In this document: piece after piece, positions 25,002 through 36,800 of the stretch
Numbering within the stretch: position 1 is the stretch's first letter
Layout: every line of letters begins with the position of its first letter
Source: Bugula neritina
Lineage: Eukaryota > Animalia > Bryozoa
Assembly (NCBI GenBank): GCA_964035545.1
Contig: OZ037769.1
Coordinates: 17,390,633 to 17,454,632, forward strand
Reading direction: 5' to 3'
Length of the DNA stretch: 64,000 bases
The notes under the pieces: generated by a model
Databases searched by the model: none
What the model saw: the letters and a program-made list of their open reading frames with translations, nothing else
Told to the model about the DNA's origin: nothing
Translations under genes and position numbers: made by a program

Positions 25002-26332
25002 CTATGGAATTAGTCCGAACTCTTTGAAAGTAGCAAGAGCAGAGGTTTCCCAATTAAGAGTAGCAGCTGGACTGCGTGGACTAGGGTGTAGTAAGTAGAA
25101 CTGCTGGTGAGGTAAGTCGTGGAGAGAACAGATCTCCTTCACACGTCGCTCAGTGAATCTACCAATACTGACGATCTTCCTGCAGTTCGGAAAGAGTTGT
25201 ATGATCTTGGCGAGGTTCTCATCACAGATATCTAGTAGAGGTTTCTTAACCAGCATCTGCATTGACGATGGCGTGATATTTGCACCTGTGAAATGAGAAA
25301 CTGACAATTACAAACACTATGAATAACATTTAGAAGTAGTTGCTAGAAATATTACCAAAACTCATAATTAAGCAAAGCATCAAGTTAGTAACATCTATAG
25401 AATTATTTAGACCACATTGCATCAACTAATTCAACGTACCAGTTTGGTTCATGAACACGAGTGGACAGTAGTTGTAGATGAAGCAGCGATCAAAGAACTC
25501 ATCTGCAGTATTAAAATACTGCTGAATAAACCCCCAGAGTCGACTGCCACTACCCTGGTGAAACAAGAATTCACAGGAGATAATGGTGAGTGTAGAAGGT
25601 GAAGTACAGGCTATAATACAGCTACAGTGTATTCGAGTAACTACCTCAGTCCTGGTTGTCTCAAAGCCAAGTATTGGTCTCTTTTCATGCTGATGCTCGG
25701 GTGACGCCACCTCTTCATTAATCTTCAGCCAATCAGTGACTGTCTTCATGTTACCAAAGGGAATCTGCCAATCACATGAGAGTGTGCATATATAGGTGTA
25801 ATCAAATTACAACATTGTTATTTTAATATTTTAAATAAACTTGAAAAATACTTGTGTTTGAAAAGTTAAAAATATGAAGCTCTACAAACTAAAAGCTTAA
25901 ATTTGAAACCTGAATAAATCCCGGAATAAATTTGATTAAACTCACCCCATTCTGCGCCCCACCAAAGGGTCCAGGATTTTCACCAATTAAAAGAACCTCC
26001 ACCGTGTTTTTGCAGAATTTCCGATAATATTCAAAATGCGGTTTGTAAGCATAGTCAACTGGGTTGTATATGTGAGTGATTTGCTTTCCAAAGCTAAGCT
26101 GCATTAGGTCGTTGGTGAAGTTGGTCTCTATTTTCAAGATTTTTGAAGCAACCGGATTTGACTTTTCCATTTTTCTTATTTCTAATAACCTCGTTTCAAT
26201 GTTTACAACCGGCCTATGAGCAACGAGCTTGCTGAGTTTAGTCTCAGAGCTACCAGGTTTTACCACATCTGTTTCTTGCTTTCTCTTTAGCTTTTTTGAA
26301 ATTGTTGTTGCAGAACCTTTTCTGTCTGCCAT
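25002..26332 (-). CDS. SMUG1: SMUG1-like uracil-DNA glycosylase, copy A; exons 26332-25946, 25764-25645, ~25554-25440, ~25285-25002
   Basis: IYNPVDYA..GENPGPFGGAQNG|IPFG..HEKRPILGF..TE|GSGSRLWGF..CFIYNYCPL..G|ANITP..LLHPSPRSPAATLNW; same intron positions as copy B. Confidence 0.9.
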
Positions 26333-26519
26333 CTTTGCATTCAGGATATATACCTTTCAAGAATGTTGCAGTTTAAACAATGTCAACCCTCTAGCCATAT
26401 GTATAATTATTATCGAGGAATGTTGCGCTAGAATATAAGCTAGCATCAACTCTATTTTTATTGAAATATCAAACAACATTAAACTGTGGGTATTTTATTT
26501 GAAAAAATTAAACAATTAC

Positions 26520-27805
26520 CAACACCTACTGTCTGTTTCAGATTTCTCTAAATATGTAGATAATCCACTCCACATCCACATATACTCACTCAACTCAGAT
26601 ACTGAGATAGCAATACTCATACTGATAGTCCACTGATACTCATACACTTACAAGTTACAGCGCTACGCTGATACCCATACTCATACACTCATACTGATAG
26701 TTATACTGATATTGATACTGTAATCACTAATTGTAATCAGTAACACTAACTGTAATGTGAGACTAACGCTCGCACTGAGAGCGAGTCAGAGTGTCACTGT
26801 CAGTGTGATATTGATACTCATAGTCAATGTCATACTGATAGCAATACTGAATCTGATACTTACTTAAAGTTAATCATAATCATTATGATAACGATAATGT
26901 CAATGATATTGATAATCAGTTTGAGTTTCAGTTTGAGCTGTACTTATAATTATACTTGTATTTAATTTTATATTAAATCTAATGTTTTACATTCAAATTT
27001 TGGCTGTAGTTTTAGTTAAATATATATGTTTATTATCATTATAAGTGCTAGCAACCTGTAATAATAATAATACATTTATAGATTTACTATCACCAACATT
27101 AAAACTGTCAGACTCGGTGTCACTAGCAGTGTTTGCTCTAACCGGAAACCAAAGGCGCAGAGTTAGCGTAATATTTATTTCAAATTGCTAACAAAAGCCA
27201 TCCCCACCCAATCTATTGAGACGGCGCAGTTAGGAAATGTCTATTGTAGCGTTTCCAATTCCTATTTTTCGTATTCTCTTCCCAACACCGATTTTCCTCC
27301 CTTATTTTTTGCAACTTACTGTGAGTGTTAATAGGCTATTCAACTTATTTAGTAGCTCTTATCTATTTTAAAATTTATTTAAATAGTTTTAAAACTTTTA
27401 TTCACAAAGGATTTTATTTTGAATATTTTTGATAATCCTAAATTAGTAATTATAATAATAATGATATTGATAAATTCAATATGAATAAGAGCATCATTCA
27501 CGGTCAAACTGAAACTGCATAATTATTAATAACAATTATTAACTATATTTATTTCACTATCAGTATTACTGTATCAGACTGCAGACTACACATTGTCTAT
27601 ATCTACACACTGTATATTTGGCTGACAAGTTTTCTTATATCTGACATATTGGGTGTTATAGTTAAGTATCTTCAAACAGTAGAAACTTTCATATTGTATG
27701 TCTCACCAGTTGTTATTCATAAACTTTTCACAATTCCCAGACAGTTCTTGTTATATGTTCATATGTTAATTTTAGAGATGTTCAATTTTTCATATTTGTT
27801 TTTAG
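26520..27805. promoter_or_regulatory. Probable bidirectional promoter and 5' UTR intron region between SMUG1-A (-) and UBA6 (+)
   Basis: Divergent ATGs at 26332 and 27826, each preceded by an acceptor; candidate UTR donors at ~26519 (-) and 27321 (+); a relatively GC-richer patch at 27110-27300 with ACCGGAAA. Confidence 0.55.
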
Positions 27806-27825
27806 ACGAATACCGGAGTGTAAAT

Positions 27826-30800
27826 ATGGATGTAACAGAATCTACCGAGCAAATAGACGACTCCCTGTACAGGTATATGAACTTAGTACTTACTCTATGT
27901 ACTTAGTACTTACTCTATGTATTAAATACTTACTCTACGTACTCAGTACTTACTCTACGTACTCAGTACTTACTCTACGTACTCAGTACTTACTCTACGA
28001 ACTCAGTACTTACTCTATATACTCAGTACTTACTCTATGTACTCAGTACTTACTCTATGTACTCAGTACTTATTTTATGTACTTAGTACTTGCTCTATGT
28101 ATTTAGTACACAGTACTTACCTTTACTCAGTTGGTATGTTGCAGCCGACAAAGGTATGTCCTCGGAGACAATGCCATGAAGAAGATGGCTCACTCTCACA
28201 TCTTATTGGTCGGTTTTGGTGGACTCGGCGTTGAAATCGGTTTGTATTCGTTTACTGCAATATACATTTATATACGTCACTGGCGTACGCCTGTATATAC
28301 CTGTACATACCTGAATATACCTGTACACCCGTATATACCTGTCTTTCTGACAGCGAAGAACGTCACTCTAGCCGGAGTAAAGTCGCTGACTGTCCAGGAC
28401 CACAGGAAGTGTGCTGTATCTGATCTCTCCACTCAGTACTTCATCAGAGAGAAAGACGTCGCTGCCGGCAAGTTCAGGTGAGTCACTGCCTCCTTCACCC
28501 AACAGGAAATACAAGTTACTCTGTCTGTAGCTGTGTGCTTAGACTCTCTAGTTGTGGTGGTAATATTCCTTCCGGAATGTTCCACAGGGTGGAAGCTGGT
28601 GTTCCCCGACTGGCCGAACTGAACCCGAATGTCAGCGTCCTGTCAGTTTCTGAACCTTTCGGGAAAAGAGAGTCTTCTTGGAGTTTCCTGTCTCAGTATA
28701 AGGTATTCTCTCTCTCAGTATAAGGTATTCTCTCTCTCTCAGTATAAGGTATTCTCTCTCTCTCAGTATAAGGTATTCTCTCTCTCTCAGTATAAGGTAT
28801 TCTCTCTCTCAGTATAAGGTATTCTCTCTCTCAGTATAAGGTATTCTCTCTCTCTCTCAGTATAAGGTATTCTCTCTCTCAGTATAAGGTATTCTCTCTC
28901 CCAGTATAAGGTATTCTCTCTCTCAGTATAAGGTATTCTCTCTCTCAGTATAAGGTATTCTCTCTCTCAGTATAAGGTATTCTCTCTCTCTCTCAGTATA
29001 AGGTATTCTCTCTCTCAGTATAAGGTATTCTCTCTCTCAATATAAGGTATTCTCTCTCTCAGTATAAGGTATTCTCTCTCTCAGTATAAGGTATTCTCTC
29101 TCTCAGTATAAGGTATTCTCTCTCTCAATATAAGGTATTCTCTCTCTCAGTATAAGGTATTCTCTCTCTCAGTATAAGGTATTCTCTCTCTCTCTCAGTA
29201 TAAGGTATTCTCTCTCTCAGTATAAGGTATTCTCTCTCTCAGTATAAGGTATTCTCTCTCTCTCAGTATAAGGTATTCTCTCTCTCAGTATAAGGTATTC
29301 TCTCTCTCTCAGTATAAGGTATTCTCTCTCTCAGTATAAGGTATTCTCTCTCTCAGTATAAGGTATTCTCTCTCTCTCAGTATAAGGTATTCTCTCTCTC
29401 AGTATAAGGTATTCTCTCTCTCTCAGTATAAGGTATTCTCTCTCTCAGTATAAGGTATTCTCTCTCTCAGTATAAGGTATTCTCTCTCTCTCTCAGTATA
29501 AGGTATTCTCTCTCTCTCAGTATAAGGTATTCTCTCTCTCTCAGTATAAGGTATTCTCTCTCTCTCAGTATAAGGTATTCTCTCTCTCTCTCAGTATAAG
29601 GTATTCTCTCTCCCAGTATAAGGTATTCTCTCTCTCAGTATAAGGTATTCTCTCTCCCAGTATAAGGTATTCTCTCTCTCTCGTCAGCATATCGTGTGAT
29701 ATATCGCGTGACACCTGTGAAACGTCATATCACGTAGTAGTTATGATACATATCATGTGATATACTATACTCTATAGTAACTATGCTGTGTGTTATATTC
29801 CAGTGCGTTGTACTAACGGAGGTCTCATACGACGTACAGATAGAGGTTGATGAATTCTGTAGAACTCAATGTCCACCAATACCAGTGAGTAGTTGTGGAT
29901 ATTCCTTACTATTCAGGTGATATCTAGAGATATATTACATAATACTTGTATACTCAGGTGATATCTGCAGATATATTACATAATACTTGTATACTCAGGT
30001 GATATCTGCAGATATATTACATAAGACTTGTATACTCAGGTGATATCTGCAGATATATTATATAATACTTGTATACTCAGGTGATATCTGGAGATGTCAA
30101 AGGACTCTTTGCGGTTGGTTTCTGTGATTTTGGACCAAACTTTGAAGTTCTGGATACGAATGGAGAGGAGGCAAGAGAAGTGTTTGTCTGTAACATCACA
30201 AAGGTACGTGACTCTGTAGTCAGTCTGTGGTTACTCTGTAGTTACTGTGTAGTTACTCTGTAGTTACTCTGTAGCTACTCTGTAGCTACTCTGTAGTTAC
30301 TCTGTAGTTACTCTGTAGTCACTCTGTAGTTACTGTGTATTTACTCTGTGGTTACTCTGTAGTTACTCTGTAGTTACTCTGTAGTTACTGTGTATTTACT
30401 CTGTGGTTACTCTGTAGTCACTCTGTAGCTACTCTGTAGTTACTCTGTAGTCAGTCTGTAGCTACTCTGTGGTTACTGTGTTGCAGGAGAACCCCGGAGT
30501 AGTGACGGTGTACGATGCCCGACCTCACGGCCTCGAGTCCGGAGACTCCGTCCAGTTCCGGGAACTCGACGGCATGGCTCAACTCAACAATCAAATTCGG
30601 CAAATCACAGGTCAGCTTCTCTGTAGCCTCAGTACCTGCTCTCTTCTTTTTAGCCTCAGTACCTGCTCTCTTCTTTTTAGCCTCAGTACCAACTCTTCTC
30701 TGTAGCCTCAGTACCAACTCTTCTCTGTAGCCTCAGCACCAACTATTCACAGTCTGAGTTCCTTACTTTGCTTACTCTTCTCTCTCTTGCAGTTATCTCC

Positions 30801-33800
30801 CCCTACCAGTTCACTATTGCAGACACGACTCAGTTCTCAGACTACAGAGGGGGAGGCATAGCCTGTGAACTCAAACTACCCAAACACCTCTCTTTTGTAA
30901 GTTCCTCTTCTATCATATACTCACAGACCGTATTTATAGACCATTTCATGCTATTTCTAAAATTGTTTTTGTTCTATTTATAGAATTGTTTGTTCTATTT
31001 ATAGAACTGTTTATTCTATTTATAGAATAGTCTGAAAAATGAACTGAATAGTCCTAGTCTTACATTTCCTGACCTCTGCAAGTTTTCTGTAAGTCAACTT
31101 TGTTATTCCACATATCTAATATCTCACTATCCTTCTTCTCCCTGTTTACCGGTTTCTCCCTGTTTACCATGTTCTCCATGTTTGCCGGTTTCTCCCTGTT
31201 GTAGGCCCCTGGAGTGATTCATCTAGCTTTCCAAGCCTATTACAAACTACTTCAGAGGTATGTAAAGCATCCTCTACTCTGTAACCATGTAATAACGAGG
31301 TTGTGAGATACACAGTGGTAACCGGAGCAGATAATTCTTATGTTGATGTAGTACCTTACTTTTGGGAAGTTGTGTTGTATAGAGGGACCCCACCTGACGC
31401 CCCTCTCTCTTGTTGTAGTGGAACCTCAAGCTATGATGAGTTCCTGTCAGCAGTGAAGGCAGCAAACAGCCAGCAGCAGTGTTCAGTAAGTCTCACAACA
31501 TCTCTTCAGTTCATATGTTCTGATATGACTGTGAGTAGACTGTTTCAAATGGAGATATCATAACTTAGAGCTAGAGTTTATGAGGGAATTATGAGTTTAT
31601 AAACAGTTTATAGACAGTTTTGTATATAGTCCGTAGATACTTTATATACAAGTTTGTAGACACTAAACTTTATAATGTTTTACATTCACTTCCCTGTTAA
31701 CTGCCTCCATGTTTGTTTTGACTGGTTACTATGGTAACTAAAGTCTTGTTGTGTGACCTCGCAGGTAGAACTAGACGACACTCTACTCAAGGCGTTCTAT
31801 TTAACCTGCGGGGGTTGCTTCCCCCCTCTCTGCACTGTCTACGGCGGATTTCTAGCCCAGGAGGTCATCAAGGCAGTGTCTGGCAAGTTCTCCCCCCTCA
31901 AGCAATGGGTAAGACTACTTGGTTCCTCAGTCTATCAGCTCTCCCCCCTCTCTGCTGTATCAACTCTCTCTCTCTCTGCTGTATCAACTCTCGCTCTCTC
32001 TCTGCTGTATCAACTCTCTCTCTGCTGTATCAGCTCTCTCTCTCTGCTGTATCAACTCTCTCTCTGCTGTATCAGCTCTCTCTCTCTGCTGTATCAACTC
32101 TCTCTCTCTGCTGTATCAGCTCTCTCTCTCTGCTGTATCAACTCTCTCTCTGCTGTATCAACTCTCTCTCTGCTGTATCAACTCTCCTCTCTCTGCTGTA
32201 TCAACTCTCTCTCTCTGCTGTATCAGCTCTCTCTCTGCTGTATCAACTCTCTCTCTCTCTCTGCTGTATCAACTCTCTCTCTCTGCTGTATCAACTCTCT
32301 CTCTCTCTCTGCTGTATCAACTCTCTCTCTCTCTGCTGTATCAACTCTCTCTCTCTGCTGTATCAACTCTCTCTCTCTCTCTCTGCTGTATCAACTCTCT
32401 CTCTGCTGTATCAACTCTCTCTCTGCTGTATCAACTCTCCTCTCTCTGCTGTATCAACTCTCTCTCTCTCTCTGCTGTATCAACTCTCTCTCTGCTGTAT
32501 CAACTCTCTCTCTCTGCTGTATCAGCTCTCTCTCTCTGCTGTATCAACTCTCTCTCTGCTGTATCAACTCTCTCTCTGCTGTATCAACTCTCTCTCTCTC
32601 TCTGCTGTATCAGCTCTCCTCTCTCTGCTGTATCAACTCTCTCTCTCTGCTGTATCAACTCTCTCTCTCTCTGCTGTATCAACTCTCTCTCTCTCTCTGC
32701 TGTATCAACTCTCTCTCTCTCTCTGCTGTATCAACTCTCTCTCTGCTGTATCAGCTCTCTCTCTCTGCTGTATCAACTCTCTCTCTCTGCTGTATCAGCT
32801 CTCTCTCTCTCTGCTGTATCAACTCTCTCTCTCTCTCTGCTGTATCAACTCTCTCTCTGCTGTATCAACTCTCTCTCTGCTGTATCAACTCTCTCTCTGC
32901 TGTATCAACTCTCTCTCTCTCTCTGCTGTATCAGCTCTCCTCTCTCTGCTGTATCAACTCTCTCTCTCTGCTGTATCAACTCTCTCTCTCTCTGCTGTAT
33001 CAACTCTCTCTCTCTGCTGTATCAACTCTCTCTCTCTCTCTGCTGTATCAACTCTCTCTCTCTCTGCTGTATCAACTCTCTCTCTCTGCTGTATCAACTC
33101 TCTCTCTCTCTCTGCTGTATCAACTCTCTCTCTCTCTCTGCTGTATCAACTCTCTCTCTCTCTCTGCTGTATCAACTCTCTCTCTGCTGTATCAACTCTC
33201 TCTCTGCTGTATCAACTCTCTCTCTGCTGTATCAACTCTCTCTCTGCTGTATCAACTCTCTCTCTGCTGTATCAGCTCTCTCTCTCTCTCTGCTGTATCA
33301 ACTCTCTCTCTCTCTCTGCTGTATCAACTCTCTCTCTCTCTCTGCTGTATCAACTCTCTCTCTCTGCTGTATCAGCTCTCTCTCTCTGCTGTATCAACTC
33401 TCTCTCTGCTGTATCAACTCTCTCTCTCTCTCTGCTGTATCAACTCTCTCTCTCTCTCTGCTGTATCAACTCTCTCTCTCTCTCTGCTGTATCAACTCTC
33501 TCTCTGCTGTATCAACTCTCTCTCTGCTGTATCAACTCTCTCTCTGCTGTATCAACTCTCTCTCTGCTGTATCAACTCTCTCTCTGCTGTATCAGCTCTC
33601 TCTCTCTCTGCTGTATCAACTCTCTCTCTGCTGTATCAGCTCTCTCTCTGCTGTATCAACTCTCTCTCTCTCTCTGCTGTATCAGCTACGTTGTTGGCAG
33701 TCTTTAGATCATAGCTGTTGTGTTCTTTTAAACTCTTAGCTAGAATGTTGAGTCTATCAGACTAGTAACTACTATTATGTGTATTCTGTTTCTATGGCAA

Positions 33801-36800
33801 CTCCGCAATGACCTCTAACTCTGTTTATTATATTCCAGCTGCACATGGATGCTTGTGAGGTGGTGGACATCATTGCCTTGACCTCTAGAACCGAACCATT
33901 CCCACTGAAAGGTGACAGATATGATGAGCTGAGAGCTTGTGTTGGAGATCATTGTGTGCAATCTTTAGCTAAACTCAAACTTTTCATGGTACGGAATAGA
34001 CTGTGATATCTCCCCTTTTTTTATACAGTGTAGAGTATACCATAGACTATAATATCTCCCCTTTGTTACAGTGTAGAGTATACTATAGACTGTGATATCT
34101 CCCCTTTGTTACAGTGTAGACAGTATACTATAGACTGTGATATCTCCCCTTTGTTACAGTGTAGAGTATACTGTAGACTGTGATATCTCCCCTTACAGGT
34201 GGGTTGTGGTGCGATAGGCTGTGAGATGATGAAGCTCTACGCCCTCCTTGGTGTAGGAACTGAGGGAAAACTCACCATCACAGACAACGACTTGATAGAG
34301 AAGTCTAACCTCAACAGACAGTTTCTCTTCAGACCTCACCATGTGCAGGTGTAGTAGCAGTTCTACCAACCTCACCACGTGCAGGTGTAGTAGCAGTTCT
34401 ATCAACCTCACCACGTGCAGGTGTAGTAGCAGTTCTACCAACCTCACCACGTGCAGGTGTAGTAGCAGTTCTACCAACCTCACCATTTGCAGGTGTAGTA
34501 GCAGTTCTACCAACCTCACCATGTGCAAGTGTAGTAGCAGTTCTACCAACCTCACCATGTGCAGGTGTAGTAGCAGTTCTACCAACCTCACCATGTGCAG
34601 GTGTAGTAGCAGTTCTACCAACCTCACCATGTGCAGGTGTAGTAGCAGCTCTACCAACCTCACCACGTGCAGGTGTAGTAGCAGCTCTACCAGACCCCTC
34701 TAGTATGTATACTATGTACTAGTGCAACATAACGTACAGTCATATCTGTGAATATTCTAGAAATCAAAGAGTGAGACTGCTGCCGTATCGTCACGAGAAA
34801 TGAACCCTCACCTCAAGATTGATGTCCAGCAGTTCAAAGGTCATTATCACCTCTCTACACTCTCAACCTTCATACAATATACACTATATATACTTACAGT
34901 ATATGTACTTACAGTGTATATACTTACACTGTATGTACTTACAGTATATGTACTTACACTGTATGTACTTACAGTATATGTACTTACACTATACATACTT
35001 TCACTGTATGTACTTACAGTATATATACTTACACTGTATGTACTTACACTGTGTATATTTACACTGTATGTACTTACACTATACGTACTTTCACTGTATG
35101 TACTTACAGTATATATACTTACACTGTATGTACTTACACTGTGTATATTTACACTGTATGTACTTACACTGTATGTATGTGTGTTGCAGTGTTTGAAGGC
35201 ACGGAGTACACGGTACACACAGACCAGTTCTTCACCGAGCAGGATCTCATTGTCAATGCTCTCGACAACGTGGAGACCAGAATCTACATGGACCAGAGGT
35301 GTGTGGACACCGGCAGACCTCTGCTGGAGAGCGGCACCACCGGGGCCAAAGGTCATACGCAGGTCATCGTACCTCACATCACCGAGTCTTATGGTAGTCA
35401 GGTGAGCTCTTCCACTCCCGCATGTCACGTGACTTCCTGTGAGACTCAACTGGCTGGTGTTTTAGCGAGTCCAACTTTACGTTTCTTGTGTTGCAGAGAG
35501 ACCCGACAGATGAAGACGTTCCGTTCTGCTCGCTGAAGTCATTTCCTGCTAAACTGGATCACTGTATCATATGGGCTAGAAACAAAGTGAGGGGCGTCTA
35601 CTACCCACCCTTACCGTGCTCTTTAGACTAATAGACTGTACTAACTCCTGTGTGATAGTTTCATCTCACTGTGTGATATTCTCTTGCAGTTCGAAAGTGC
35701 TTACTGTGAAAAGCCAAGAATCTTCAACAAGTTCTGGACTGATAACGGGTCACCTGATCGCGTGAAGGATGTATGTCAGCCAATAATATCCTTTGTTACA
35801 ATTCATTCCAACTATATTGTCCAATCAGCATCTTTCTTAATTTACCCAGCATTTATTCTCACTGAATCAGCCAATCATAATTGTGATTACTTGGTTACCT
35901 GCAGAGACTGTTGAATGGAGATATTCCCAAGTATTCCATGACTATGGCGAGACAACTCCGACAGAGGCCTGTGACGTGGGATGATTGTATCACAACCGCT
36001 CGGCTAAAGTTTGAGAAATATTTCTGTCACAAAGTAAGTAATTCTGTCACGGAGTAGATATAAGTAGACAGATAGATAGACAGACAGACATATAGACAGA
36101 CAGATATATAGATAATGTAGATATACTGCTCAACTTGTACTTCCTGTTCTATTCTACTTTAGGCAGAGGCACTGATACATGCATATCCACTGGACCATGT
36201 CAGAGATGATGGCAGTAAGTATTCTACCTGTTGCTATGGTTACTGTGTTGCTATGGTTACTCTGTTGCTATGGTTACTCTGTTGCTATGATTACTCTGTT
36301 GCTATGATTACTCTGTTGATATGGTTACTGTGTTGCTATGGTTACTCTGTTGCTATGGTTACTCTGTTGCTATGATTACTGTGTTGCTATGGTTACTCTG
36401 TTGCTATGGTTACTCTGTTGCTATGATTACTCTGTTGATATGGTTACTGTGTTGCTATGGTTACTCTGTTGCTATGGTTACTGTGTTGCTATGGTTACTC
36501 TGTTGCTATGGTTACTCTGTTGCTATGGTTACTGTGTAATTGTAGATCTGTTTTGGCAACTGCCCAGAAGACCTCCTCACCCCATCCAGTTTGACTCCAG
36601 CCTTCCTCAGTGAGTTGTTTAGTGTATACTACATACTACATACTATACTATGTACTATATGCATTATATTATATTATATTATATTATATTATATTATATT
36701 GTATTGTATTATATTGTATTATATTATATTATATTTTGTCATATTATATTATATCATATTATATTATATTATATGGTATACACCGATGTTTCAGTCACAT

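Noticed and set aside
28691-33687. CRISPR-like look of constant repeats with variable spacers
   Set aside because: The spacers are only (CT)n length variants, the context is eukaryotic introns, and there are no cas genes.
31731-33739. Three overlapping 600+ aa ORFs ([20 protein letters not shown]...)
   Set aside because: Artefact of a stop-free intronic minisatellite; only 31765-31908 is a real UBA6 exon.
34193-34703. Repetitive ORFs [12 protein letters not shown] and [11 protein letters not shown]
   Set aside because: Off-frame or antisense readings of the 36-bp donor repeat.
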